Shown here: in pieces, positions 1-30,550 of the stretch | How positions within the stretch are numbered: the first letter of the stretch is position 1 | How the letters are laid out: each line of letters starts with the position of its first letter | NCBI RefSeq assembly: GCF_009914755.1 | Contig: NC_060946.1 | Source of the DNA: the human T2T-CHM13v2.0 reference genome, Homo sapiens | Direction: 5' to 3' (one strand) | DNA length: 64,000 bases | Position numbers and translations under genes: made by a program | The notes under the pieces: model-generated | Seen by the model: the letters and a program-made list of their open reading frames with translations, nothing else | Databases searched by the model: none | What the model was told of the DNA's origin: nothing

Positions 1-958
1 TTTTCTCCCCGAGGACCATTAGTAGGCCAGAGATCAGTCTGGTTAATTTCCAAGGTGGAATTAGGCTAGAATGTTATTAAGGAAAATTTTTGAATGACAC
101 TTAGTTGTATCCTAGTTCAATTTCAGACATGCTTTTTGTGTTAAGTCTAATGATTTTGTATTTCTTATTTTAAAATTAACGCAAAGTGACCAAGCATTCT
201 CTTTTCCAAGTGAAATACGTTATTTTAATTGATTAGTTGCTTTAATTTGCCTTAAGCGTTTTAGCAGAGATTTGCTTTTATTGTTGTGTTTGCCCTGTAA
301 CACTGATTTTATCAGAGGTTTCTTTTATTTAAATTATCCCAAATTTGAGTTGAAAAGTTGCCTAGAATTTTTAAAGTAACAAACTGGCCAGTTCGTTTCT
401 TAAACATCTATTTTAAAAGGACTGGGTGTTGATACAGTTTTTCCAGGGTTAGATGTTTATGACTTTATGGATTTGTCGACCGGGTATTACTCTAAACTTT
501 AAACATTAAAAGCTATTATAATTGAGGACACCAACTGTTTGCATAGTGGGATAGAGATAGAAAAAAAAAAGCCATGACAGTATAATGACTACAAGATTAA
601 CTACTGAACTAAATGGACTTTAAAAGTGGGGAGAAAGTGATTATAAATCAAATACTGTATAACAAAGACCAGGACACCAAGAATCTGATTGGTGAAACCT
701 GCGGTTCCTGGCAGATGCTGGTAGTTGCAGTCAACTTTGAGCACAATATAATTCCAATTTAAGGAGTTAAGAATCTTAGAACCCACTGTAGTGAGATTTG
801 TAATATGACTGAATAAATTCTTCCTCTCGTTTGTGAGCGTGAATTATATAATTAATACCAGGCATTCATTAAGCCATGCATATGCTTATGTTGAGGTCAT
901 GAGTACTAATAATACAGCTGTTTCAAAAAGCAAGTTAATGGGCGGGTGTGGTAGCTCA

Positions 959-1337
<379 letters not shown>

Positions 1338-2770
1338 TTAGAGAACAAGCATGTAATTCTGTCTTTGCCCTCTTTCGTCCTTCCTTTACTGCAGCTGTAC
1401 TAGGCTGCTCACTTATTCCCTGGTAGCCATCCTTCCTTACTCATACCTTTGTACCTTTGTACCTTTGCTCCAGCTGTTGGCTCTTCACTGACTGCCTTAA
1501 CTACACCTCACTCTCCATCTGTTGAAATCCTACCTGTTGTTCCAGTCCCCTCACAGATTATAGGGCCTTTCTCTGACCCTCCCCCTCACGTTCAGCTTTG
1601 TTTCTCCTTCTCTGTGCCCTCTGCCTCAGGCCTGTTGCTTTAATTTAGTTTTTCATTTTCCTAGGTATCTCTGAAGGAGATCACCATGCTGGTTGAATTA
1701 GATCCTGACTGAGTTTACTTTGTTATACTGAATCTTCGAATTGCCACTCCCAAGCCTGGTTTTCATGGCTTAGGTTTAACATGTTATTAGCCTTTTATAG
1801 AAAGCTAGTGACTACTAGAGCCTGGGCCAAACGGAAAACTCAGTGTAATGCTTCTTCGCATCCCAAACAGGGTACATTTAGTGGCTTAACTTTGCAGGCA
1901 TCAAAACTGAGCTTTTAAAGCCAGAGTTTCATGCCTCTTGGCTAATATTTTGGTTTATCTTGCATAGCTAAAATTTGTAACAATAATGTCCTACTCGAAA
2001 TTTAAGGACTGGTGGCTTGCATTGTTATAGTCTTATCCTTTTCATTAGAATGCTTCATAATTTTTAATTTTATATTTTTATTCAAATGTTTATAAGAGAA
2101 TTATAACCCAGTGTAACCCAGTGTAGGTACTGGGAAAGATGTGTGACAGACATACTTTCTTCCTGTGGAACTCCTACTGTAGTGGAGAAGACAGACTGAA
2201 AAGTAGAAAAATAAAGTACTAGTAAGATCAATATACAGGAGGGACCTGTATAACAGGAGGGACCTACCTGGGTTGGCGTGGTCAGAGAAAGCATGAAGCT
2301 AAGACCTAAGGGTAAAGAAGAACCCAGCCTAGGCAAGGCTTGGCCTGAGAGGAGGAGAAGAGCCTTCCAAGTTTAGGGAAAAGCTTATGTAGATGTCCTG
2401 AGGTGAGAAAGTCCATTGTGTTGGGAGTGTGTTTCTTTTCTTTCTTTCTTTTTTCTTTTTTTTTTTCTTGAGACGGAGTCTTGCTCTGTCGCCCAGGCTG
2501 GAGTGTGCGATCTCGGCTCACTGCAAGCTCCGCCTCCTGGGTTCACACCATTCTCCTGCCTCAGCCTCCCGAGTAGCTGGGACTACAGGCGCCTGCAACC
2601 ATGCCGGGCAAATTTTTTGTATTTTTAGTGGAGACGGGGTTTCACCATGTTAGCCAGGATAGTCTCGATCTCCTAACCTAGTGATCCGCCCGCCTCGGCC
2701 TCCCAAAGTGCTGGAATTACAAGTGTGAGCCACTGCGCCCGGCTTTTTTTTTTTTTTTTTTTTTTGGTAG

Positions 2771-2872
<102 letters not shown>

Positions 2873-3511
2873 TGAGTAGCTGGGACTGCATGGGACTACA
2901 GGCACCCGCCACCATGTCCGGCTAATTTTTGTATTTTTAGTAGAGACAAGGTTTCACCATGTTGGCCAGGATGGTCCCTATATCTTGACCTCATGATCCA
3001 CCTGCCTCAGCCTCCCAAAGTGCTGGGATTACAGATGTGAGCCACCCTGTCCAGCCTGGGAGTGTGTTTCTTAAAGGAGAAAGGGGGACATATAAAATGA
3101 GTTTGGAGATAAAGATCAGGGTCAGGAATTGGGTTTTTATTTAAAGTGCTGTGGGCTCCAAGGAAGGAATTTGAGGCAGAGGAGTGACCTGGGGCTGTTA
3201 TTGTAATCCAGCTACAAAATGATGGTGACTAATAGTGACAGTGGAGCTGTGACTTGGAGATGCCTATTTTGGAGATAAAATTGATTTGCTGGTGGGTGGG
3301 GATGAAGGGAAAGGGAAGAAGGGATGATTTGGTCTATTTGTAACTTTGTTATCTTCTGTGTTTTTATCTTTAACTGCTTTTTGTATTTGTGGTATTCCTA
3401 TGGTGGATTTTATTTTATTTATTTTTTTGAGACCAAATCTCCCTCTGTCCCCCAGGCTGTAGTGAAGTGGCATAATCTGGGCTCACTGCCACCTCCGCCT
3501 CTGGGGTTTAA

Positions 3512-3787
<276 letters not shown>

Positions 3788-4009
3788 TGACATTTTCCAT
3801 TTCTAGCTTGTGTCGATAGATAAATTCAGGCTATGAAGAAAAATTAGAATAAATAAAATTTTACCATTAAAAACTAAAGGAAGTTGGCCCTTCAAGAAAA
3901 TAATGTACTGTACTCAGCGGACTTTGAGCATTACATGTACCTGGTAATATGGAACCAACATTGAATCAGACAGCCCTATCATGCTTCTGAGGAGCTTACT
4001 GGTTACTAA

Positions 4010-4141
<132 letters not shown>

Positions 4142-4244
4142 TAGCTGGGACTACAGGTGCCCGCCACCATGCCCGGGTAACTTTTTGTATTTTTAGTAGA
4201 GACGGGGTTTCACCGTGTTAGCCAGGATGGTCTCGATCTCCTGA

Positions 4245-4475
<231 letters not shown>

Positions 4476-4587
4476 TAATTTGTGTATTTTTAGTAGAGAT
4501 GGGGTTTCACCATGTTGAGCAGGATGGTTTTCTGTCTCTTGACCTCAGGGGATCTGCTCGCCTCGGCCTCCCAAAGTGCTGGGATTA

Positions 4588-4764
<177 letters not shown>

Positions 4765-5704
4765 TTAAAAAATTAGCTGAGCATGGTGTCATGCGCCTTT
4801 AAGTCCCAGCTACTTGGGAGGCTGAAGTGGAAAGATTGCTTGAGCATGGGAGGTCGAGGCTACAGTGAGCTATGATCATGCCACTGCACTTCAGCCTGGG
4901 CAACAGAGCCAGACCTTGTCTCAAAAAATGAATGAATGAATGAATGTAAGTTGTATATATTTAATATATTTAATCTCCATGCATGGTGAAACAGCTGTGG
5001 GAGAACTGAGAAAGGGTGCTTAGTCTAACCTGAGAGCCCAGAAGAGGAGCCTCACACACCTGTGAAGTAGAAGCCAATCCCTGAAGGGACAGGAGGAAAC
5101 AAGAAGCATGGTTGTGCCTCCTCTTTACATCCCCTGTTCTAATTATTTAAGAACTCAAATCTAGACTTCCATAATTTGGAATGGGGAAAGGATTGCCAGT
5201 AATTTTAATCAGCATAGAATTCAACTCTGTGAATAAACCCCTTTGCGTTTCTCCTGACCAGTAGTTAAAATCATGTGAATTTGATTCAGAGAAAATACAA
5301 GAACATGGCCAGGTGCAGTGGCTCACGCCTGTAATCCCAGCACTTTGGGAGGCCAAGGTGGGTGGATTGCCTGAGTGCAGGAGTTTGAGACCAGCCTGGG
5401 CAACACGGTGAAACCCTGTCTCTACTAAAATACAAAAAATTAGCTGGGCATGGCGGCGTGTGCCTAAGAGGCTAAAGGCAGGAGAATCACTTGAACCTGG
5501 GGGGTGGAAGTTAAAGTGAGTCGAGGTCGTGCAGCTGGACTCCATCCTGGGCGACAGAGTGAGACTCTCTCCAAAAAAACAAAAAACAAGAACACTGTCA
5601 TGCTGAGAATGGAATCTTGTCCAATTAAGAGTTGTGTTCCCAGCCGGATGTGGTGGCTCACGCCTGTAATCCCAGCACTGTGGGAGGCTTAGGCGGGCGG
5701 ATCA

Positions 5705-5995
<291 letters not shown>

Positions 5996-7542
5996 TCAAA
6001 TCCACAGAATTGTGACCTAAATTTTTCCTTTTGATCTGAATGATTAGACTAGATTTCTGAGGGTCTTTAAGATTAAAATATTTTAATTCTGGGCCGGGCG
6101 TGGTGGCTCACGACTGTAATCCCAGCACTTTGGGAGGTCTGGCAGGTCGGGAGTTCGAGACTGAACCTGGGAGGCAGAGATGACAGTGAGCCGAGATTGC
6201 GCCAGCGCCACTGCACTCCAGTCTGGTCAACAGAGCGAGACTTCGTCTCGGGAAACAAAAAACAAACAAACAAAAAACATTATTTTAATTCTTTCAGATA
6301 AGTAAAAGGGGGCACAGCCTATTAGTTGGGAGTTCAGATTAACTTGAGTTGAATCTGAGCTAAAATCATAACAAGTTGGGTGGGGCCACCAGGCACATAG
6401 CAACTCACCTGGAATGAACGTGACAAGAACAGTGGAAGAGGATGAGAAGAGGCTTTGAAGGTGCACACTCAACGGTATTCGAATTCTGTCACACCAGTTT
6501 TGTGACAGTATTAAACCAGAGTTAGGTAATTTGAATACCTGAGCTTTTGTGCTTTCAGAAACAAAAAAGGAGGGAAATAGGAAAGGGAAGTTCTTTGATA
6601 TATAGAGGCCTACAATATACCAAAGCTCACTGCTAGACTCTTGGAATCTAATGGAAGTAAACCATGTTTTTGTTTTTGATTTTTGTCTTTGAGAAGCTTT
6701 GGTCTATTGAAAAAATTAGAATGCCATGACAGCTTAAAAGCAAAGGCAATCAACTGTACCTAAGAGGTGGGGAGAGGCTTGAAAGAGGAGATGCTCTTCA
6801 ACTGATTCTTTAAGGATGAGAACAAGTATACGAGGTAGAAGAGGTGGTGGTAGAAGAGATGGTGGCAGTGCTTGCTGGTAAAGACACAGTTATAATTAAT
6901 GTAGATGATCGGCAGGAACCTAGGAAGGAAAGATAAAGCCAACTTGTAAAGGGCCTCCTCAGCCTTGTAAATGAGCTTAACAATGGGAGCCATCTAAAGT
7001 TTTTAAAAAGAGAACTGTCAGATTTTAAAAGGAGAACTGATGAGTTTTACTTTTGAGAAACTGCTCTGGGTGGGGAAAGATCTGAAGGACTAATTCTCTG
7101 TTACTGGAGAGGGACCCTGAGAAGCTGAGCCAAGATCAAATGCCATAGGAATGTAAAGTGGCACATAGAAGGTGAGGGGAGAGGTATGATGACTTCAGAG
7201 AGGATTGAGTGGTGCCTTTGAGACAAGAGAAAGGGATTAGGGTGGGTGCGTGATTCTTTTCAACAGGAAGAATCTTTCTTTGAGGTACCTGCTGGAAGCC
7301 AGGTGGTATTTAGCAATCTGATGGGTTTGTTATTGAGAAGAGAGGTAAGGGCTGAATACATATAGATTTGGGAATCGCAGCTTAGATGGGATCACCCAGA
7401 ATGAGGAGGCAGAACAGGAATAAGTAGAGAAAGAGAAGCTGCGGAAGGAGAGGCAGCCACAAGCATAGGAGGAGGAGCCATTAGTGATGGCCTGAAAGCC
7501 CAGGGACAGAAGGGAGGGGACCTGGGCATTAAATGCTGGTCA

Positions 7543-7906
<364 letters not shown>

Positions 7907-7948
7907 TCATCTTGGAATTGAATTTTTTTTTTTTTTTTTTTTTTTTGA

Positions 7949-8050
<102 letters not shown>

Positions 8051-8286
8051 TGAGTAGCTGCGATTACAGGCGCCCACCACCATGCCCGGCTAATTTTTGT
8101 ATTTTTAGTAGAGATGGGGTTTCACCATATTGGACCAGGCTGGTCTCAAACTCCTGACCTCAGGTGATCCAATTGCCTCGGCCCCCTAATGTGCTGGGAT
8201 TACAGGCATGAGCCAGTCACCACGCCCAGCTGGAATTAAGTTTTCTACCGTTTTTTTTTTTTTTTTTTTAACTGTGAAATATTTCA

Positions 8287-8734
<448 letters not shown>

Positions 8735-9038
8735 TTAAAAATACAAAATTAGCCCGGCAGTAGTGGGGCCCTGTAATCCCAGCTACTGGGGAGGCTTAGG
8801 CACAAGAATAGCTTGAACCCAGGAGGCAGAGGTTTTGGTGAGCTGAGATCACACCACTACACTCCAGCCTGGGCAATAGAGTGAGACTCTGTCTCAAAAA
8901 AAAAGTATATGTAAGCTGGGTGTGGTGGCATGCACCTGTAGTCCCAAATAGTGGGGAGGCTGAGGTAGGAGGATTGCTTGAGCCCAGGAGTTCAAGACCA
9001 GCCTGGGCAACATAAACCCCCATCTCTGCAAAAAATTA

Positions 9039-9188
<150 letters not shown>

Positions 9189-9361
9189 CTATCTCAAAAA
9201 AATTTAAAAAACAAGCCAAAAAAAACTATCATCTGTGTGCTCCCTTTAAAAAATAAATAAATAAAACATTGGCCAGGCGTGGTGGCCCAGACTGTAATCC
9301 CAGGACTTTGGGAGGCTGAGGTGGGAAGATTGCTTGAGCTCAGGAGTTCAAGACCAGCTTA

Positions 9362-9649
<288 letters not shown>

Positions 9650-9828
9650 TTAAGCTTAGAACATATTAGCACTTGGTTTAAAGATGTTTTGTGTATGGTT
9701 TATACATGTAGAAACTGAGAACGCTTTTAACCAAAAGAGCTGAGAGATTCGTTATCATCAGAAAAGAAAAGTCAGTTACGAATTAGTTGTTAGGGGCTTT
9801 GCTGCTCAAAGTGTGTAGTGGACAATAG

Positions 9829-10136
<308 letters not shown>

Positions 10137-10139
10137 TGA

Positions 10140-10432
<293 letters not shown>

Positions 10433-10932
10433 TGATCCACCTGCCTCGGCCTTCCAAAGTGCTAGGATTGCAGGCATGAGCCACTGCGCCTGGGCAACAC
10501 TTTATATTTTAAAGGGAAGTTGGGGGAGGGTGCTATTTTCAACCTTGCTCAAAGAACAAATAATTGGGAAGCAATAAATTTTCTGATGAATATGCTTCAT
10601 ATTTCTTTAGACAGTGGGGTCTAATGGAAAGGCTAAGATATCTGACATGGAGCAACATGTATTTATCTCTTCAGTGGAACTAATGTGTAATTTTCAGGGG
10701 AGTTTGATGAATAAATGAGTTTGAGAATATAGGGCAGAGGACTTGGAATTTGTGTCAGGGTTATGGCTGGTGAGATTGATTTGGTGTCAAATTTATGAAT
10801 ATCTCTGCAGATACTAACACAGAAAATGAGCCCCAAGGTCACTATAGCAGTATAGTAGTGGAGGGAAATAGAAACTATCTTTATCAAATTTCTACACAGA
10901 CATACCCCTCACCAGGGAAGCAAGGAAGTTGA

Positions 10933-11343
<411 letters not shown>

Positions 11344-12319
11344 TGACCTCAAGTGATCCTCCCGCCTCGGCCTCCCAGTGTTGGGATTACAGGCGTGAGC
11401 CACCACACGCCTGGCTTTTTTTTTTTTTTTTTTTTTTTTTTGAGATAGAGTCTTAACTGTTTCAGGCAGTGACGTGATCTTGGCTCACTGCAAGCTCCGC
11501 CTCCCGGGTTTACACCATTCTCCTGCCTCAGCCTCCCGAGTGGCTGGGACTACAGGCGTGTGCCACCACACCTGGCTAATTTTTTGTATTTTTAGTAGAG
11601 AGACAGGGTTTCACCGTGTTAGCCAGGATGGTCTCAATCTCCTGACCTTGTGATCCGTCCACCTCAGCCTCCCAAAGTGCTGGGATTACAGGCGTGAGCC
11701 ACCACACACTGGCTAACTGCTTTTAACTGTACAAATAATAAAATACTCTTGGATGGAGTCTAAGGTGGAACTGACTGTGCTCTTAATAGTGTCTGAAATT
11801 TATATGGTACTTACTGGACTGTTCACAGGCTCTCTGTGGCTCTTGAAATAGCAGGGGCTGGGTGTGATGGCTCACACCTGTAATCCCAACACTTTGGGAG
11901 GCCAAGGCGAGAGAATTGCTTGAGGCTAGAAGTTCAAGACAAGCCCTGAAAACATAGTGAGACCCCCATCTCTACAGAAAATTTAAAAATTGGCTGTGTG
12001 TGATGGCAACTGCCTGTAGTCCCAGCTACTCAGGAGGCTGAAGTGGGAGGATCACTTGAGCTTGGGAAGTGGAGGCTACAGTGAGCTGTGGTTGTGCCAC
12101 TCTGCACTCCAGCCAGGATGACAGCAAGACCCTGTCTCAAAAAAAAGAGAAAGAAATAGAAGCAGGGATATACTTGAAGGGGTATGTGTGTGTTCATGTC
12201 GGTACATTGGATGCTTGGTGCTGCTCGGTAATTTTGAATGCCTCACATGCATTATGCCATTAATTCTCATACACCTGACAGATGCAGGGGTCGTCCCTAA
12301 GGCTGATTAGCTCATTATG

Positions 12320-12723
<404 letters not shown>

Positions 12724-13526
12724 TAGTAGAGACGGGGTTTCACCGTGTTAGCCAGGATGGTCTCGATCTCCTGACCTCATGATCCGCCCACCTCAGCCTC
12801 CCAAAGTGCTGGGATTACAGGCATGAGCCACTGCGCCGGCCTCTTATTTATTTATGTTTTGAGACAGTCTTGTTCTGTTGCCCAGGCTGGAGTGTAATGA
12901 TGCAGTCATAGCTCACTGCAGCTTCTAACTCCTGGGCTCAAGTAATGCTCCTGCCTCAGCCTCTTGAGTATCTGGGACCGCAGGTGTGTGCCACTATGCC
13001 CGGCTAATTTTTTGTCTGTTTAGTAGAGACAGGGTTTTGATATGTTGGACAGGCAGGTCTCCAAGTCATCTGCCTGCCTTGGCCTCCCAAGGTGCTGGGA
13101 TTACAGGTCTGAGCCACCACGCCTGGTGGATTTATTATTTTTAATTTGGCAAGTCTGTAAGCCCTTTTTTGTTCCTTTTTTTTCAAGAGGCCAGAGGCAG
13201 AGGCCTTTGTCATTTTCTGTGTGTCCAGGGAAGTGTGCAGGATGTAAGCCATAGATTAGGACTGGGAGGAAGAGTGTGTGGTGGTTGTGACAAGGGTCCA
13301 AAGGAAGGCAGCTTCCGAACTTACTTGAGATTATAAAAATAAATTTAAACCAGGTATCTCTGTGTAATCAAAAGGTTTCTGTAACACAGAGATGGAGTGT
13401 ATGTGTGTGTGTATACTTGTAATTTGAAAAGACATTCAGAATAGTAACTTTTGGGACAGTACAGACTACAAAAATTACAACATGATAGAACCTTCTTAAC
13501 TACTAAGAATATAGAAAGGAAAATAA

Positions 13527-14440
<914 letters not shown>

Positions 14441-14487
14441 TTAAGAAGTTTGACAGGCACTGGCTTAGAGTAAGATTTTTCTCTTAG

Positions 14488-15030
<543 letters not shown>

Positions 15031-15129
15031 TAGTTTTAGTTTAGTTTCTGCTCATTTAAGCTTATATTCATGGAATTAGAGCACTGGATGATTTTGGAAG
15101 ATACGCACTGTTAGCGTTTCATTTTAAAA

Positions 15130-17885
<2,756 letters not shown>

Positions 17886-18632
17886 GGCCTTCCAGCTTTC
17901 TCACCCACACACAGACCTGCCTAGGCACAGGTGCATGCCTCTGGCCTGGTCTATGCCTCAGCACCTTGGTGCTCTGGGCTGTTAATACCCTGTAGCATGC
18001 ATTGTGTTTTCAGCCTTTTGAGGCATTTTCACGTCCATCATAGCATAGGATTGGGGAGCTAGGAGTCAGAGTGGGTGTGACTCGTGTGTGTTTGGCAGCT
18101 GCTCGTTGAGAACCTTGAAAGTCGAGGCTCCCAGTCAGAATTTTAGGTACCTGCCTGTTGACCTCTGGCTCTAGGATGTGTGTTTTAGAAACCTGTATCT
18201 AGTGTGCGTGCGTGTGTGCTCACTGGAGCGAGTACTAGGAGGTTGTAGGGAGGAATACCAGGTATTACAGAAGGGATCACTTAGAGCTTGGTGAGTGGGT
18301 GGATAAGTAGGTGCCTGAGAGAGGTCAGGAGTAGGAGGAAGGAAGCCTGGTTAATGATTGTGTATTTTAAGATAACCTACATACTTGGCCATACATAGTT
18401 CCTAGTCTCTCTGGCCCCAGAGAGAGGTTCTCCACACCTGAGCCTCATGACACTAACCCAGCCAGCTGAGCTTCAGCCAAGGGTTTGTTTGGTGCTTGAC
18501 TGAGAGAGAATGTAAATGGGACCTGAGAAATAGACCTTTACCAAATTCCATTTAGTGGTATTTTGCTTTCTGAATATTTAAATGAAACTTTAGGTTATAG
18601 CATAAGTAAATTTTTTTTTTTTTCGAGACTGA

Positions 18633-18782
<150 letters not shown>

Positions 18783-19890
18783 TAGTGGTGCCTGTCTGAT
18801 CTTGTTAAAAACAACTCTTGGGACTTTTGCAATTAGGTTACTAGGAAAAGTATTAAAATTAAAATGAGAAACAGACAAGTAGGACAAAATGTGCTGATAA
18901 TTGAAGCTTCGTTATTCCCCTAGATAGTATTACAGAGAATGATGATGGCTTAGGTGACTTTATTCCTTAAATTATTTTACAATTTTTTTTAATCTTGATT
19001 TTCAAAAGAGGATTCCTGTAAGTAAAGAGATATTTTAAAACCAGTTTGTGTTTAGCTATTTTCTTTTCTTGCTGACTTTTCTGCAAGGAAAGAGTTGATC
19101 CTGAGATTTGATTTGAAGGGGAATACTTGGTATCTGTAAGGTGAGTAGAGCTTGTGTGATGAGACTAACGTCACTGAATAGCTGTAGATAGGTGAGCATG
19201 CTGGGCAAAGGGCAAAAGTGGCAAAAGACAGCCAGGGCAGTGGGCTGTTGCCATATCACGAAGGGCTGAGCTGAGGAGATTAACAATTTTCTTGCATTGC
19301 CTTCATTTGAGTCATGAAACAGCCAGTTTCTCACAACTGACAAGGTCAGGTTTACAGGCAATTTCTTTTTATATATTAATTTTTAAATTTAGAGCAAATG
19401 CTTGACTGTCATGTAATAATATCATTCTCATTCATTTGCATTCCAGTATGCTTTTCTGACTAAAACGGAAGAAATAGCAACTTTAGAATTGTACTTAACC
19501 CTGGGTACACACACCCATGACTATTTGTATGAAAATTTGTATTTAAGTGTCTAAATGCAGCCTCACCTGTGCTTTTCCCCCATGGTGTGGCATAAGAAAA
19601 CAATTGGTGACACAAGCTGGGGATCTGTGGGAATTGAAGTCAGTGGAACAGATCGTGTGGAGGAAAAATAGTTTCCCAGGCTTACAAGTGAGACTTAAAG
19701 TGATTTGGGATGGAATTGGTATAAATCAAGCAGAAAGGTTGTATTGATACCTTAGGTCATTTAGTTCAATCATTTTCCCTGTGCTTTTAGCCCTCTTCAG
19801 AGTCTAACTCCATGGCCCTCCAGTCTCAACTTGGACACCTCCAAAAAAACATTCACTTCAACAAAAGTTTATTGAGTGCCTATTATGTGA

Positions 19891-20211
<321 letters not shown>

Positions 20212-20532
20212 TGATCCACCTGCCTAGGCCTCCCAAAATGCTGGGATTACAGGCGTGAGCCACCGCGCCTGGCCCATAACAGTTTCATGAGGTGGTCTGT
20301 CTCATGTTGTATGGCTGTGGTAGCTGACAAGTCTTGTGTTCTGGCTCTCCACCAGGGAGAAAGAAGCCACAGCCAAGTCCCCTTCTTGTGTTTGCCTAGC
20401 CCAGTGTGTGGACTTAAGTGCATGGCCCCATAGTTGTCCCTCTTGAGTTTTGTAGTTTTGTTGTTGGTTTGGTTTTTATTGGTCTTGTCATATGATCTGC
20501 GTACATCTCTGAATCCTTTTTTTTTTTTTTGA

Positions 20533-20637
<105 letters not shown>

Positions 20638-20644
20638 TGAGTAG

Positions 20645-21800
<1,156 letters not shown>

Positions 21801-22206
21801 CCCTGGGGGTCCATGTGGCAAGCTTACAGGCTCCCAGTGTAATGGGGCTTCTGTCCCTCACCTCACGTCACATTCTAGCAACGTGAAGCCTTCTTACCAA
21901 GGCTTCCCAGAAAGGCCCACAAGTTAGCATTCACCTTAAGCAAGAATCTCAGGTGTGTCCTTCCCATGCCGTGGTGGTGTGTGGATGTCTGGTGCCCGAG
22001 GAATCATTTCCACTTGCCTCCTTGGACCTTTCATCAGGACTGACCAGGATCCTCCTCCACCCTTCTGTCTTTGACATTGTGTCAGTTGTCCTTCACAGCA
22101 TCTCAGCTTTATTTCTTTAGTACCAAAAGTGCTTTTTTTCCTTGACTATAATACCATGCAAATGTAGGAATCTTTAGAAAGTCCTTTAGAATATTCTCGT
22201 ATTTAA

Positions 22207-22509
<303 letters not shown>

Positions 22510-22814
22510 TAGGCTGGTCTTGAACTCCTGACAACGTGAGCCACTGCACCCGGCCCAGAAAAAAATATTTTTAAAAGGTTTTTGTTCCTCTTTCCTAATG
22601 TGTAAATTAAGTCAGAATGCCATGGAATTGGGGCCCTGGTGTGGTTCAGGCAGGGCCTGTCCCATCCTGGTCATTAGGCTGACCTCTGTTTTCTGTGATA
22701 GCTGTTCTCTGGTGATAGCTGTTGAGTAAGAAGAACCATCAGCTAGGGGTTCACAGAGAGAAGTTTATTCTCATGACTGCTCCCACACTAAGAGCTTGAG
22801 GTTTATATAGTTTG

Positions 22815-26095
<3,281 letters not shown>

Positions 26096-27901
26096 TTTTC
26101 TTATATATATGATCGTGTCTTGACTTCCTCTTTTCCAAAAGCCCACATACTCTTGTACCACAGCATACTGGCCTGTGATACCTTTAGCCCCGCCCCCTAC
26201 CTTTCCCAAATAAAATCTCTGTGTTAACCAGTAAACAGCCCTCTTGAATCAAGTTACTACTCTGAAGGATAGTGGTAATTTTAAGAAAGAGACCAAGTCT
26301 TCAGTATTAAAACCCTATTAGATAGCATTCAGTTGTGGGTTTGAGTGTATGAGATTACTTGACTGCTAGCCAGGGCACACAGACAGGGAGCCTAGCCCTC
26401 TTAAAGCCTCTATCTCTCTGGCTACTCTGATTCAGGTGCAGGTGCACAGAGAACACAGGGGCAGGCAGTGGACCCATGCAGCTCCGTGAGGGCCAGGGGT
26501 GTTTGTCTCCTTTGTGTCCTCTGTTGTATCTCTTCACGGCCTACACATAGATGTTCAATATTTGTTGAATGACTAGAGGAATAAAAGCCACAGAGAGCAG
26601 GATGATACCTGTCTGGTGATTATAGTACATGGGCTTTGTTTTGTTTTAGATATTTTGGGGGCTATAAGCCCCTTTGAGAATCCAGTGAAAGTTGTGCAGT
26701 CTTCAGAAAAACAGCATACATTCATGCATTTGCATACAACTTCGCAGGATGTTCTTTGATCACTGAGACCCATTCACATCACTCAAGTTAGAATTTATGA
26801 TTCCAGTGTCACCAGTGTACTCCTGATCTTACTTTTATGTAACCTGAAAGCATACAATCTCAGCCTATCAGTACAGGGAGCGGAGACTGATTATGGAACC
26901 AAAAAACTGCTGTGACGACCAGTGCTTGGGCCCTCCAGTGCGTTGACTGCTCTTTGAATCAAGTGCCAGATGCCAGTCAGTAGAGTCATTTCCTGGACAA
27001 CACTCTGGACAAGTAGGGCTGTAGGAAACTATTGCCAGCAGCAAGAGGTACCCTCTTGCCATTTAACTCTTGGTAGACATAAAAGGGCTGACTAGTGTCC
27101 CTGGCATATGTGTTTTAGAGTTAATGTGTCCACTCCCCAGGTGCTAAGTGCGGCCAGCCACAAAGATAGTGTTTTGACAGTTCTAATAATGATTAGGATT
27201 GGCCTGTTCCATAGAGTGAAAATTAATAAGGATGATGCATTAGGTATGTGCTTCCTCTTAATCTGTTGATAAGGTCAGCCACATCTCCCAGGTGTAGTTT
27301 GCCCCGTGAACTGAGTTGGTATCTACCCACATCAAGATTGGTCTGCCCTCTAAGACTATACTTTCAGGGATCATTTCTATAGTTCATTACTAGAGAAGTT
27401 TCTCTGAAGGTGTAGAGCACCCCCCCCTCCAAAAAAAAAACAACAGATTGATCTGCCCTCCACAGTGAGTGCTTCTTTGAGCTGGATCCGTGTACCATGA
27501 ACCCAGAGGAAGAGCACCACACCAGAATAGGGAGTGATGAGGGAAACGGCAAGATGGCTGCCAAGCTACCAGCCATTTTAGGATCTGAGCACAAGCACTG
27601 TTTGGTAGAGCCATGGAAGAAGCTGGTCCATAGCCAGGCCTGTAACTGGACAGCAGGCTGCATAACAGCCAGGATATCTTTACTGTGTTGAGATAGAAAA
27701 CAGCATGAAGAATGATGATGGTGTTTTAGCATGTGGAAACTCCTGCAAGGCCACAATGAGGCACTAATGGTCAAGGGGCCACCAGAAGTCTCTCAGCCAT
27801 TCTCTTCCTAGGCTGCTCTTTGACCTACTTCTGCTGGTCCAGGTTCCCTCTGTCTAAGCAGTAGCTCCTTGATCCTGTGCTCTGCAGCATTGAGTTAATA
27901 G

Positions 27902-30310
<2,409 letters not shown>

Positions 30311-30355
30311 TAATAATGTATGGGCCCTTTGGATAAGGTAGTGTTTGTGATTTAA

Positions 30356-30550
<195 letters not shown>

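Noticed and set aside
17958-17977. TCAGCACC half-match to the REST/RE1 motif with a palindrome (AGCACCttGGTGCT)
   Set aside because: The second half-site GGACAG is missing; likely chance.
27497-27691. 64-aa ATG ORF (MNPEEEHHTRIG...) in a unique part of CRKL intron 2
   Set aside because: No recognisable homology, splice context or polyA/TSD to support a retrogene or microprotein.
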